In this document: positions 1 through 10,003 of the stretch, piece by piece
How positions within the stretch are numbered: position 1 is the first letter of the stretch
Layout: each line of letters begins with the position of its first letter
Assembly: GCA_963786105.1 (NCBI GenBank)
Contig: CAWAXX010000018.1
Coordinates: 192,958-256,957 of the forward strand
Direction: 5' to 3'
Source: Vulcanimicrobiota bacterium
GTDB taxonomy: Bacteria; Vulcanimicrobiota; Vulcanimicrobiia; Vulcanimicrobiales; Vulcanimicrobiaceae
Length of the DNA: 64,000 bases
The notes under the pieces: model-generated
What the model saw: the letters and a program-made list of their open reading frames with translations, nothing else
Databases searched by the model: none
What the model was told of the DNA's origin: nothing
Translations under genes and position numbers: made by a program

Positions 1-1
1 C

Positions 2-1975
2 TATCCGGCGACGGCGACGCTGCAAAACGCGCAGGCCGATGCCGCCGCCGACGAGTGGCTCCGCAACGCAACGCATCTGGCCGAATCGCAGCAGTGGCTC
101 CAAAGCGTCCTACGCGCTGCAGCGCCATATGCCTCGGACATTATAGCCATCGCACTCGACGACGACCAAGGTGCCTACATCGACAACGACACCTGGCCGG
201 CACCACGCTGGCACGCGTACATCGACTGGTTGCGCCTTACGGTTCAAAGCGTTGCCGGGACCCGCATTCCCCTGTTCGTCAACACGTTCGAAATGAAAGT
301 ACCGGCTGCCTCGCCGGCGTGGGCGTGGGGCGACTGGTATCAGAGCGACGCGTACGCCATCGGAGCGCACGATCTGGCGCAACTAGATTTTGCTACCGGA
401 CTCTTGCAAACGCAGCCATTTCAGCCCGTGATGTATGCGGAGTTCCAGGCGGGGTGGCTGCAGGGGGCCGAGGAGGCTGCGCCGCGTCCTAGCGATCCCG
501 CTAACACCGCCTTAGCGTTGGGCGAATTGCTTCGGGACGGCGTGCACGGCATCGTCAACTTCCCCGTGCAGGACACGATTTACCCCGACGGCTGGGAAGC
601 GCCTTGGGCAAACTGGTCGTACGCGTGGGATGCGGCTCTCACGTCCGGCCTCGAACGCGCCCCCCGCTATCTGCCGACTTCCGAGTTCGGACACGACGTA
701 CGCCGTTACGGGGCTCTGCTCGCGCGCACGCATCCCTCCGCCGGCTTTGGCATCATTTGGCCGCCGAGTCTCTTCTCATCGCTCGCACTCACCAATCGCG
801 ATTTTCGCACATTCGCGGACGCGACGATCGCCATGCAACGCGACTGCAACGCACGCGGACTCACCTGCGAGCTCGTGGATTTGGCGTATGCCGACGACGC
901 AAGTTTTGGGCACTACCCAAAACTCGTGTTGCCGATCGTCCTGACGCCAAGACTCCTTGCAGCGCAGGTCTCGCCGGTTGCCCGTACGTTGGCACGCCTG
1001 CGACGACGAGGGCGGATCGTCGCAAACCTGACGTCGGCGGCAGAATCGCAGGGCGCTGGTTCCGGCGCGACCGTGCTGCTCGCCGACGACGATACCTACG
1101 CTTTCATCGAAGCCGTGAATCCCAGCGACGCTCCGCGCACGTTTGGTCCCCTGCGCATCGCGCTGTCCGGCGGCGCGGCGGAGGTTACGCGTTTTCAACT
1201 CGCACCGCGCAGCCAGCGTCTCGTTCCGGTTGGGCTCGTCCCCCCTGTGCGCAAACTACGCGATGCCTCGACTCTACAAGCTTCGACAACGCCCCCGCCA
1301 TTCGCGGCCGTCGCAGCGCAAGTGCTCGACAACGGACGAGTGCGACTGGCATTCGCGCCCGACGCCGGGGCGCGTATCTCGGAGTTGACCGGCCCCGGCC
1401 TCGACAACGCGGCCACCAGCATCGGATTGCTTCGCGACGCGGTCTCGCCCGAGCCGGCGACGTCACCGCGCGATTACATCGCTACCTACACGCATCCGAT
1501 AGCGACGGGAACGTTCAATCGCCCGTACGCATGCACGACTGCGCCCACGACAGCCACGACGAACAGTATAACCTGCGCCTACGATGCGCCCGACCTTCCT
1601 GCCGGCGGCGGTCACTTTGCTCGGACGCTGTCGCTGGTCAACGACGCTAACGAAATTACCGTCGAGGAGCGCTTCACTCCGGTCGATGTAGCATCGACGT
1701 CGAACCTCAAGAGCGTATCCGGCTTCGCCTTTCACGCCGGTGACGTGCTGATTGCACCCGCTGGCGCCAACGCCATCGGGATATTACACGGCAAACGATT
1801 CGCGACGTTAGGCTGGCGGAGCGGCGACGTGAATCGAGTGACGCTCAAACAAACGCGCGGCGCCGAGCTCGTGACGCTCATTTTCGCTCGACCGTCCGTC
1901 GAGCTGCGCCTAGGCATCTACGAAGCCGATGACGCCGCGGAGGCGGTACGCCTCCTCCAAGCGAATCCGCGGTAG
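2..1975 (+). CDS. GH35-like (beta-galactosidase/exo-beta-glucosaminidase family) glycoside hydrolase, 5'-truncated by the window edge
   Basis: Frame is open from base 2. IIAIALDDDQG occupies the GH35 acid/base strand and MYAEFQAGW the nucleophile strand. The C-terminal LDNGRVRLAFAPDAGARISEL resembles a mutarotase-like fold. Confidence 0.65.
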   Translation, partial: YPATATLQNAQADAAADEWLRNATHLAESQQWLQSVLRAAAPYASDIIAIALDDDQGAYIDNDTWPAPRWHAYIDWLRLTVQSVAGTRIPLFVNTFEMKVPAASPAWAWGDWYQSDAYAIGAHDLAQLDFATGLLQTQPFQPVMYAEFQAGWLQGAEEAAPRPSDPANTALALGELLRDGVHGIVNFPVQDTIYPDGWEAPWANWSYAWDAALTSGLERAPRYLPTSEFGHDVRRYGALLARTHPSAGFGIIWPPSLFSSLALTNRDFRTFADATIAMQRDCNARGLTCELVDLAYADDASFGHYPKLVLPIVLTPRLLAAQVSPVARTLARLRRRGRIVANLTSAAESQGAGSGATVLLADDDTYAFIEAVNPSDAPRTFGPLRIALSGGAAEVTRFQLAPRSQRLVPVGLVPPVRKLRDASTLQASTTPPPFAAVAAQVLDNGRVRLAFAPDAGARISELTGPGLDNAATSIGLLRDAVSPEPATSPRDYIATYTHPIATGTFNRPYACTTAPTTATTNSITCAYDAPDLPAGGGHFARTLSLVNDANEITVEERFTPVDVASTSNLKSVSGFAFHAGDVLIAPAGANAIGILHGKRFATLGWRSGDVNRVTLKQTRGAELVTLIFARPSVELRLGIYEADDAAEAVRLLQANPR

Positions 1976-1983
1976 TTCTCAAC

Positions 1984-2064
1984 GGGGGAGTGGCGGAACG
2001 GCAGACGCAGCCGCCTCAAAAGCGGCCGAGGCAACTCGTGTGGGTTCAAATCCCACCTTCCCCA
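1984..2064 (+). tRNA. tRNA-Leu(CAA)
   Basis: Acceptor GGGGGAG/CTTCCCC, anticodon arm GCCGC-CTCAAAA-GCGGC, long variable arm, TTCAAAT T-loop. CCA is not encoded. Confidence 0.95.
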
Positions 2065-2239
2065 TGGTGAAGGACAGCGCGGGCAGCGCCGGTTGCACTT
2101 TGAGCCCGTCGAAATGCAGGTGATTGCGCAACCGAGCCGAGCGCGGGCGCCGCGTTCGATCTCATCGACACCGGCAAATCCCGCGCTCGCTTCGGCAGGC
2201 TCGAGACGCAGTTGCGCGCCCTCGAAGCGACCGTCCGGA

Positions 2240-2701
2240 CTAGGTAAAGTTCGAGATGTGGGCTCTAGCCCATTGAACTTTATGTCCGTTGTTGGAGTAA
2301 TCGAAGTGCGCCATGCAATGGCCCGAATTCATACCCGCCCTTACGATCCAAGAATCGCCCAAACGCCTGATTTTCGCAATCCCCGTCAGTCGGCAATCAT
2401 CGTGCTCTCTCAGCGAACCTTTCGATCCATGTGGGGTTTTTAGCGTTAACACAACCGGTCCCGGATTCGAACGACTTAAATGTACCACACACGGCGAAAC
2501 GTGGACTGCGCCCTTTTGTGGCGGGCACCTTGTGCTTCTATCGGTGGGGATTGCCGGGCCCGTGGCACCGGTTAACTGAGGGAGCCCCGGCGCAGTCATC
2601 TGTGGCTGGGATCCGCCACAGCCTGCGAGCAAGGCGGTCGCTGCGACCGCTGCGACGACGCTCCAAGTGAGGCGCGTCGATGCCTGTCGACATAAGAACA
2701 T
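2240..2701 (-). CDS. Putative lipoprotein
   Basis: Hydrophobic signal followed by lipobox LLAGC; Cys-containing beta-rich C-terminus. Confidence 0.7.
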   Translation of the reverse strand: MFLCRQASTRLTWSVVAAVAATALLAGCGGSQPQMTAPGLPQLTGATGPAIPTDRSTRCPPQKGAVHVSPCVVHLSRSNPGPVVLTLKTPHGSKGSLREHDDCRLTGIAKIRRLGDSWIVRAGMNSGHCMAHFDYSNNGHKVQWARAHISNFT

Positions 2702-2971
2702 TTTGCCTGATCCTCCGATTTAGCCCCTGGGTTCATACGATGGTACCATATTGAAGAGTAGGCAAACAATTACTCGCCTGTGGCGTGCAAAAGCTACCAG
2801 TACGGCGCTCGGTTCCTTTCTGCTACGAAGACCAAGTCTTCCGTCAGACACAACTCCGTGACTCCCGAACCCTGGAACTGCTTGAGGTCGCTGTGCGGCT
2901 CCGGCACGACGCGATGCGACGTGTCGAGTACCACCGGTGACGCGCGCAAGTCTGCGGCCGACCCGTTCCCA

Positions 2972-3298
2972 CTAATCAATCTTTAAGCGGCTAATCTTGC
3001 CGCCCGACAGCATGAATGTGTGGTCGAGTAGCACCGGAGACCCGAGGAAGTCCCCCGATACGAGCCCAGAGACGATAACCGTTTCACCCGTTTCGATCGC
3101 ATCTCGAGGTTCGACCTTGGCGTGATACTTGCGCGTAGTCTCCTCCACCCATGACCGGATGGCAGGCAGACCCCTATATTCTTCGTTTTCGTCCTCGACG
3201 ATCGCGCTCTCCTCGAAAGGTTCGAGAATCGCGTCGAAGTCAAAATCGTTACGGGCCTTGAAATATGCGGCGATGGGAGTTGGTAGGACGATTGCCAT
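2972..3298 (-). CDS. SnoaL/NTF2-like family protein
   Basis: PIAAYFKA, F..AIVED, GDF.GSPV.L...F.L..GKI..L.I pattern; 108 aa. Confidence 0.85.
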   Translation of the reverse strand: MAIVLPTPIAAYFKARNDFDFDAILEPFEESAIVEDENEEYRGLPAIRSWVEETTRKYHAKVEPRDAIETGETVIVSGLVSGDFLGSPVLLDHTFMLSGGKISRLKID

Positions 3299-3432
3299 CT
3301 GGTTTACTTCTCATCTATGAAGGGGCACGCTAAAAAGGTTCGACATCGTCTAGCTCCTTTTAAGTTTGCGAGTGCGGGCTCATTTGTCGACAAACCGAGC
3401 TGTGCCTCTTGGCGAGTCTGAGAAACGCAACG

Positions 3433-4470
3433 CTAATGCGGGAGCAGTACCATACGGAAACGCGCTTCGCCGCGCAACATCTTGTCGTACGCTTCCGCTG
3501 CGCGTAGGAGGGGCATGGTTTCGATCATCGCCCGGACGCCGGTCAGCACGCTGAACTTCATGGCATCCTCAGAATCGACGCAGGTTCCGGACGCCCACGC
3601 TCGCACCGATTGCCGTCCGCCGATCGCCTGTGTCGCGTTGAAGGATAATGGCTCGTTGGCTGCGCCAACGATCAGCAACTGACCGTCCACGCCCAGGCCC
3701 GGAAGGACGGCTTCCATCGCCTTCGACGAGGTAGCGGTCGCGAGCACCACTTTCGCGCCGCCCATCCGCCGCAACTCGTCGCCCGGATCCACGGCGGTGC
3801 TATCGATGTAATGATGCGCGCCCAACTCGCGAGCCAGTGCCGCCTTCTCGGCACCGCGGGCGATGGCGACCGTCTCGAATCCCATTTTGGTGGCGTATTG
3901 CACGCCCAGATGACCTAAGCCGCCGATGCCGAGAATCGCGACCAGATCGCCGGCGCGGGCTTGGCTGTTCCGCAACGCGTTGAACGTCGTAACGCCCGCA
4001 CACATGAGCGGCGCGGCTTCGGCTGCCGAGAGGGCGTCCGGAATGCGTGCGAGCGCAACGGCCGGTACCTCCACATATTCCTCGTATCCGCCGTCGTACG
4101 AGATACCTGGGATCTGAAGCGAACGACACGACAGAAAATCGCCGCGACGGCAGCGATCGCAGTGCCCGCAATGGCCTCCGTGCCAGCCGATACCGACCCG
4201 CTCGCCGACAGTCCAGCCGATCACGCTGCTCCCGAGCGCGTCGATTACGCCCGCAATTTCGTGGCCGGGGACGCGCGGAAACGAAATGCCTGGCCAGTTG
4301 CTGCTGACGGTGACCGAGTCGCTGTGGCACACGCCGCATGCCTCGACGCGCACGCGCACGTGTCCCTCACGCGGTTGCGGTACCGCGACATCGGCACTCT
4401 CGAGTACACCTGACGAAGCGAATGCTACGCGTACCGCACGCATCGTCGATGGGGTGGCTTCAACCGTCAT
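3433..4470 (-). CDS. Zinc-dependent alcohol dehydrogenase
   Basis: CGVCHSD, GHE, structural Zn CxxCxxC..C and GIGGLG motifs. Confidence 0.95.
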   Translation of the reverse strand: MTVEATPSTMRAVRVAFASSGVLESADVAVPQPREGHVRVRVEACGVCHSDSVTVSSNWPGISFPRVPGHEIAGVIDALGSSVIGWTVGERVGIGWHGGHCGHCDRCRRGDFLSCRSLQIPGISYDGGYEEYVEVPAVALARIPDALSAAEAAPLMCAGVTTFNALRNSQARAGDLVAILGIGGLGHLGVQYATKMGFETVAIARGAEKAALARELGAHHYIDSTAVDPGDELRRMGGAKVVLATATSSKAMEAVLPGLGVDGQLLIVGAANEPLSFNATQAIGGRQSVRAWASGTCVDSEDAMKFSVLTGVRAMIETMPLLRAAEAYDKMLRGEARFRMVLLPH

Positions 4471-4610
4471 GCTCTCCCTAACTCCGCAAGCCCTACGGCA
4501 GTTTCGCGTCTAAGTGCGTACCGCGCTCAAGATTATGCCCTCTTAACGAAGGTAGCGCTCCGACTCCGTATGGAAACGCGTTCGCGACCACGCATCAGCA
4601 AAGCACGAGG

Positions 4611-4958
4611 ATGAGGATGGATAGCCTGAGCTACAGCGGACCGGCCAAATACCGCAGATGGCTCAAAGAGGTGTACGCAGCCATAGACCACGAGATAGGC
4701 CCGGCAGCCGGGGAGAATCAAGGTGAAGGCGACTACGAGAACGTCCGATTCCGTCACAGCGTGGCGCACGGTAAGGCCGGAGATGAAGGCTACGTCCTGT
4801 ACGTCGTGACGCTCACGGGTAGAAGTCTTCGGCGAGGAGCAAGACGCGACACGACGTACCGCTGGACGGAAGAGTCCGACACAGCGAAGGTCGGTCGCGA
4901 GCTCGTAGATGTCTACGCAGACCTGAGCCGCGACGAAAGATACGCCCGGAGTCGGTAA
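4611..4958 (+). CDS. Hypothetical protein
   Basis: 115-aa ORF filling the gap between genes, with a GAGG-type RBS; no recognised motif. Confidence 0.5.
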   Translation: MRMDSLSYSGPAKYRRWLKEVYAAIDHEIGPAAGENQGEGDYENVRFRHSVAHGKAGDEGYVLYVVTLTGRSLRRGARRDTTYRWTEESDTAKVGRELVDVYADLSRDERYARSR

Positions 4959-4967
4959 TAGACCTAA

Positions 4968-5945
4968 CTACTGGCGCAACGCGGACGACGATGCGATAAC
5001 GCGTTTCCCAACGATGCTACCGCCGGTCTTCCCTTGTATGGTCCAGCTGCCCTGGAAGCTTTTTCCGTCCGACGCAAACTTGAGTACGACGTCGCCGCTG
5101 CGGCTCGCGTCCCTCCATCTTCCGACGAGCACAACCGAACCGCGCGGAAGAGTTCCTTGAAAGTGTCCGCCTTTGTAGGATCCGATGACGGTCTGCCCTT
5201 CCTGTTCGAGCTTGAACGGACTTACCGCGAGCGCCTCGCCGCTGGACGCAGTCTGCCAAAGCCCTCTGACCCAAAGCTGAGCGTGATTGACGACGCTGCC
5301 AGCGATGTGGCCTTGGGGTTGCGTGTCGGACGAAAGGCCCCAGGAGCCTTCGAAACCCTTACTATCGTCGGCAAACTGCAGCTTTATCCAGCCGTCACCG
5401 TTGGGTCCCTTCCACGTCCCATTCAGATTGTTGGCGTCGGTCGTCATCGTCCCGTCTATTTCCGTGCCCGGTCCGAAGTTGCCCACGACCGTCTGTCCTA
5501 ACTGATGGAGTTTTACCAGGCGCGACCCGAATTGCGAACCACCCGTGAGGTTATACGATCCTGTCACCGGAGGGTATACGGCGCGGGATGCGACAAAACG
5601 GCCGCTCGGTTTACTACCAGGCCGTCCCCACTCGCCCGAAAACCCGCTGCCGTCGGCCGCAAAGACGATCGTCATCCAGCCGCTGCCGCGTGCATCGTGC
5701 CAATTCGCATCGACCTGCAGCGTTCCAGGTTCGAATTTCCCATCGATCCGACCCGTCGAACCGTAGGTTCCAGCGATGGTAGTGTCCTGCTGCTCGATTC
5801 TTACCCTACCGGTCGCGAGGATCTCGCCGCTCGCGGTGACCGTCCAGTTGCCGGCTGCGTTAACTCCGGTCTGCGCGCCGACGGCGGGACCGAAAAACAC
5901 GAGAGCGATGCCAAAGGCGACGGAAGCAAGACGGGTTCTGGTCAT
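4968..5945 (-). CDS. Secreted protein with three tandem beta-barrel-like repeats
   Basis: Signal peptide; three ~95-aa units with l.Q.g.tv.G.y ... W....g.G....F..Dg..F.G.W. Confidence 0.75.
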   Translation of the reverse strand: MTRTRLASVAFGIALVFFGPAVGAQTGVNAAGNWTVTASGEILATGRVRIEQQDTTIAGTYGSTGRIDGKFEPGTLQVDANWHDARGSGWMTIVFAADGSGFSGEWGRPGSKPSGRFVASRAVYPPVTGSYNLTGGSQFGSRLVKLHQLGQTVVGNFGPGTEIDGTMTTDANNLNGTWKGPNGDGWIKLQFADDSKGFEGSWGLSSDTQPQGHIAGSVVNHAQLWVRGLWQTASSGEALAVSPFKLEQEGQTVIGSYKGGHFQGTLPRGSVVLVGRWRDASRSGDVVLKFASDGKSFQGSWTIQGKTGGSIVGKRVIASSSALRQ

Positions 5946-6035
5946 GTGCGGCAACCTTCCGTTTTCGCTTCGTTCCTACCAGCCGAGCGGCCGGTCGAAA
6001 CACGAAAAATGCGCGTTGCCGGGCACGATCGAGAC

Positions 6036-6596
6036 CTACGTCTTCGTGCACGTCTCCTTAACGTTAACGACGCGGCCGCCGGCCTCGGTGAAGGACGTCG
6101 TCATCGTCTTCTTTGTATCGCCGTCCTTCACGTAGACTTCCGGGGCGTACGAAGCGATGTCCGGAACCTTCGTTTGGATCACGTACGTGTACGTCATCTT
6201 GTTGCCGGCTGCCATCGAAGCCGTCGCTACCGCGTATCCGCCTTGGTCGCCCGTCGTTATCCGAATCCAGCGTTTGGCATCCGCGTCGTACGTGTACCTC
6301 GTTTGACTGTGAAACTCTCGCGGAATCCATGACGCTTTGTGCGTCGTGTCGTCGCGGAGGAGCCAATACCCGCTGGGATCCATCGAGAAGACCTGGGTAA
6401 TCGTGAACGGTCCAGGGCGCCGCGAACTGAGGTCCGTGCACGTCCACGTCCCGATCAGGAAGTTCATCGACGACATATCGGGTTTGGGACGCGTCGGAAC
6501 TGGGGTTCCTTCAACCTTCATATCGGCGGCAAAGACGGTGGCGCCGGTTGTCGCAACCAGTAGAACTAGTGCACCAAGAAAACGACGAGCTTTCAT
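6036..6596 (-). CDS. Secreted beta-barrel protein (DUF1579-like)
   Basis: Signal peptide; MNFLIGTWTC and YTYDADAKRW motifs; RBS AGGAGG. Confidence 0.7.
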   Translation of the reverse strand: MKARRFLGALVLLVATTGATVFAADMKVEGTPVPTRPKPDMSSMNFLIGTWTCTDLSSRRPGPFTITQVFSMDPSGYWLLRDDTTHKASWIPREFHSQTRYTYDADAKRWIRITTGDQGGYAVATASMAAGNKMTYTYVIQTKVPDIASYAPEVYVKDGDTKKTMTTSFTEAGGRVVNVKETCTKT

Positions 6597-6640
6597 AAGA
6601 AAAGCCTCCTTATCAAAAGGCGGTTTTCATACGCAGGCGG

Positions 6641-7258
6641 TTGCCCCCTGTCTTCGAGTCGATCGATTCTCATTTCCGGAAAGCCGTTGGGAAGGGGATC
6701 GACCTCTCAGACGGAAGGCGATTTCGCGTGCTGAGAATCGGCTTCGCGACCGTCGCCGTCCTGCTGGCAACTATAGCGCCCGGCGCGGCGCAGATCGGCC
6801 CGAACGATTCGATCTCAGCTTCCGGCGTGGGCCCCGTCAAGTTCGGAATGACGCTAGCCCAGGCAACCGCCGCAGGCACATCGCTCGTCCCCGTCCCCCA
6901 TTCGTCCTCCACGACGTGCTTCTACGCGCGCCCGCCCGGAACGCCCGGTTTGTCCTTCATGATACGCGATGGAGAGATCGTACGTGCCGATATGGTGAAG
7001 CCCGCGAACTTCAAGACCGTCGATGGATTCAAGCGCGGCGACCGGGAAGTCACCGTCGTGAGTTTCTACGCGGCCACCAGCGGAGGCGCGAGCGACGTTC
7101 CGTTTTCGGATACGAGCGACGTAACGCTCATCGCTTCGCCGGAATTCTCGGTTGGCGCGAGCGTTCGCCGCCTGGTTTACGAAGTCGTCGACGGTCCGGG
7201 CGTCGTCGCGATCCATGCAGGCTGGGTGCCGCGAGACTTGCGCGGATGCCCGAAGTAG
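6641..7258 (+). CDS. Putative secreted protein
   Basis: Hydrophobic signal ending AAQ; GVGPVKFGMT motif. Start codon uncertain. Confidence 0.6.
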   Translation: MPPVFESIDSHFRKAVGKGIDLSDGRRFRVLRIGFATVAVLLATIAPGAAQIGPNDSISASGVGPVKFGMTLAQATAAGTSLVPVPHSSSTTCFYARPPGTPGLSFMIRDGEIVRADMVKPANFKTVDGFKRGDREVTVVSFYAATSGGASDVPFSDTSDVTLIASPEFSVGASVRRLVYEVVDGPGVVAIHAGWVPRDLRGCPK

Positions 7259-7271
7259 TCGCGAAGGTCGC

Positions 7272-8327
7272 ATGAGCACTCTGCGGGGATGGCTGATCGG
7301 TGCGACCGTCGTTGCCGGGACGATCCTCGTCTGGAATATTCTCTCGGGCGCGCTCTCCGCGCTGCTCTTGCTCTTCACCGCGATACTCTTCTCCGCGGGT
7401 CTGCGACCGTTCGTCGACCGTATGGCCAAGAAGATGGCGTTTGGAGTTGCAACCGCTATCGTTTTCAGCGTCGTCCTCATCGCTACCGTCGCCATCGGAT
7501 TCGTCCTCATCCAGCCGTTGGGAGCCGAGCTGGTCAAGCTCGTTCAAGCAGTCCCCGGTTATGCGACGTCGCTGCAAGCACAACTCGCCGCGGCCCAGCG
7601 CTACTTTGAGAACGACCAAATGGCCCGTCAACTCGCATCGGTTCTAGCGAACGGGGCCGGCGGAGCGGTAAGCGCGATCGGTCAACGCATTCTGGGTGGC
7701 CCAACGCTGGTGGCTACCGCCGTCGGGGACGCGTTGCTCGTCGTGTTGCTCGCCGTAGGCTGGATGCTTTCGTGCGACGAGCTCGAGCGATTCGTGCTGA
7801 GCCTGATGCCGCCGGCCGTGCGCGCCGACTGGCACGGTGCCTTCAGCGAAATGGCTGCGCGACTGAGCGCCTACGTTCAGGGCGTCGTGTTGAACGGAGG
7901 GATCGTCGGCATCGTGATGGGCGGATCGCTCGCCCTTCTCGGCGTTCCCTACGCCGTGCTGTTGGGCTTCATCGCCGCAATCTTTCAGGCCATTCCGATG
8001 GTCGGTGCCGTGATTTCCGGTCCTATCATACTCGTCGTCGTTCTCGCGACGAACGGCTGGACGAAAATGCTGATCGCGCTCGCGATCTTTACGTTGGTTC
8101 AAGTGATCGACCAAAACGTACTCTCGCCGATCATCTTCGGGCAGCGAGTTCAGTTGAGCTTCTTGTTGATCATTCTCGCAACCGTCGTCGGGGGAACCCT
8201 GCTCGGCATCGGCGGCGCATTCCTGGCGGTCCCGGCCGCGGCGGTGCTTCAGGTTATCCTCACCCTCATCGTCGCGCCGGCCATCCGCCGCGCCAACGGG
8301 GAGGCCCAGTCAGGGAACGCGCCCTAG
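7272..8327 (+). CDS. AI-2E family transporter
   Basis: Multi-TM protein with IPMVG, Q.IDQNVLSP.I.G and GIGGAFLAVP motifs. Confidence 0.9.
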   Translation: MSTLRGWLIGATVVAGTILVWNILSGALSALLLLFTAILFSAGLRPFVDRMAKKMAFGVATAIVFSVVLIATVAIGFVLIQPLGAELVKLVQAVPGYATSLQAQLAAAQRYFENDQMARQLASVLANGAGGAVSAIGQRILGGPTLVATAVGDALLVVLLAVGWMLSCDELERFVLSLMPPAVRADWHGAFSEMAARLSAYVQGVVLNGGIVGIVMGGSLALLGVPYAVLLGFIAAIFQAIPMVGAVISGPIILVVVLATNGWTKMLIALAIFTLVQVIDQNVLSPIIFGQRVQLSFLLIILATVVGGTLLGIGGAFLAVPAAAVLQVILTLIVAPAIRRANGEAQSGNAP

Positions 8328-8486
8328 TGCTCCGGCCCCGGCCCGAAGCACGCAGGCCGGTCTTGCGCACAAGGGATGGAACGAGGCGCGCAAATACGTT
8401 ATCGTAGTATCCTCGATTGAATCCACGACATCGCTTCGATCGTACGCCGTTCGTACGACCTTTTTAGACTGAGAAAGGCTTCAAAA

Positions 8487-10002
8487 ATGCCCGCGAAAAA
8501 ACCCAATATCCTCATCCTCTGGGGTGACGATATCGGCATTTGGAACATCAGCAAGTTTAGCAACGGAATGATGGGGTACCGGACCCCGAATATCGACCGC
8601 GTGGCCAACGAGGGTGGCCTCTTCACCGACTATTACTCGCAGCAGAGCTGCACCGCCGGCCGTGCCTGCTTCATCGCTGGCCAGAACCCGATTCGCACCG
8701 GCCTCACCAAAGTCGGGATGCCCGGAGCTACCGTTGGCCTGCAGCCGGAAGACCCGACCATCGCCGAGTTGTTGAAGCCGCTAGGCTACGCCACCGGCCA
8801 GTTCGGCAAGAACCATCTCGGCGACCGCAACGAATTTCTGCCGACGGTGCACGGCTTCGATGAAATTCTTCGGCAACCTCTATCACCTCAACGCTGAAGA
8901 AGAGCCCGAACTCCCGGATTATCCGAAGGATCCCAAGTTCAAGGAAATGTTTGGTCCGCGCGGCGTGCTGCATTGCAAGGCCACCGACAAAGACGATCCG
9001 ACGGTCGACCCGCGCTTTGGTCGCGTCGGCAAACAGACGATTGTGGACACCGGCCCACTGACCAAGAAGCGGATGGAAACCATCGACGAAGAGATTACCA
9101 GCGCTGCGCTGGAGTGGATGGAGAAACAAGCCAAAGCAGATCAGCCGTTCTTCCTGTGGTACAACTCCACGGCTATGCACTTCCGCACTCACGTTGCCGA
9201 AAAGAACATCGGCAAGAGCGGCCAAGACCCCTACAGCGATCGTATGGTCGTTCACGACGAGCAGATCGGCATGATGCTCGACAAGCTCGACGAGCTTGGA
9301 ATTGCCGACAATACGATCGTCATGTACTCCACCGATAACGGTCCGGAGAACGACACCTGGCCGGATGGCGCGAACACGCCGTTCCGCGGGCAGAAAGACT
9401 CCAACTGGGAAGGTGGCTGGCGCGTACCCTGCTTCATGCGTTGGCCGGGTACGATCAAACCTGGAGCGGCGTATAACGGCATCGTCTCGCACATCGACAT
9501 GTTCCCGACGCTGCTGGCCGCCGCCGGCAACCCGGACGTGACCAAACAATTGCTCGACGGCTGTACCGTAGGCGGCAAGAAGTTCAACGTGCATCTCGAC
9601 GGTTACAACATGATCCCGTACTTCAGCGGAGCCGTAAACGAAAGTCCCCGAAACGCCATCGTCTACTTTAGCGACGATGGCGACGTCATCGCGGTCCGCG
9701 TCGGCGACTGGAAGTTCAATCTGTCAGTTCAACGGGCGAATACGATGGAACAGTGGGCTGAGCCATTCGTAAAGCTCCGTTTGCCGCATATCATGAGCTT
9801 GCGCCGCGACCCGTTCGAGCGCGCCGACTTCAATTCGAACACCTACTGGGATTGGGTGGTCGACCACGCGCCCCAACTGTACCTGATGCAAGCCGTGATC
9901 GCAGGACAGATCGCGGACTTCGAAAAGTTCCCGCCGCGCCAAAAACCCGCATCGTTCAACCTGGACTCGGTGATGGAACAGATAAAAACACCGCACGGGT
10001 AA
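8487..10002 (+). pseudogene. Arylsulfatase, split by a +1 frameshift at ~8863-8865 (real lesion or sequencing error)
   Basis: [17 protein letters not shown] and GKNHLG in the first frame; FFGNLYHL...DNG...KDSNWEGGWRVP in the second. GATGAAATTCTTC carries one extra A relative to GFDEFFG. Confidence 0.85.
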
Positions 10003-10003
10003 G

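Noticed and set aside
2065..2240. Possible gene remnant or hairpin after tRNA-Leu
   Set aside because: Short, with no start codon or recognisable family; cannot be supported.
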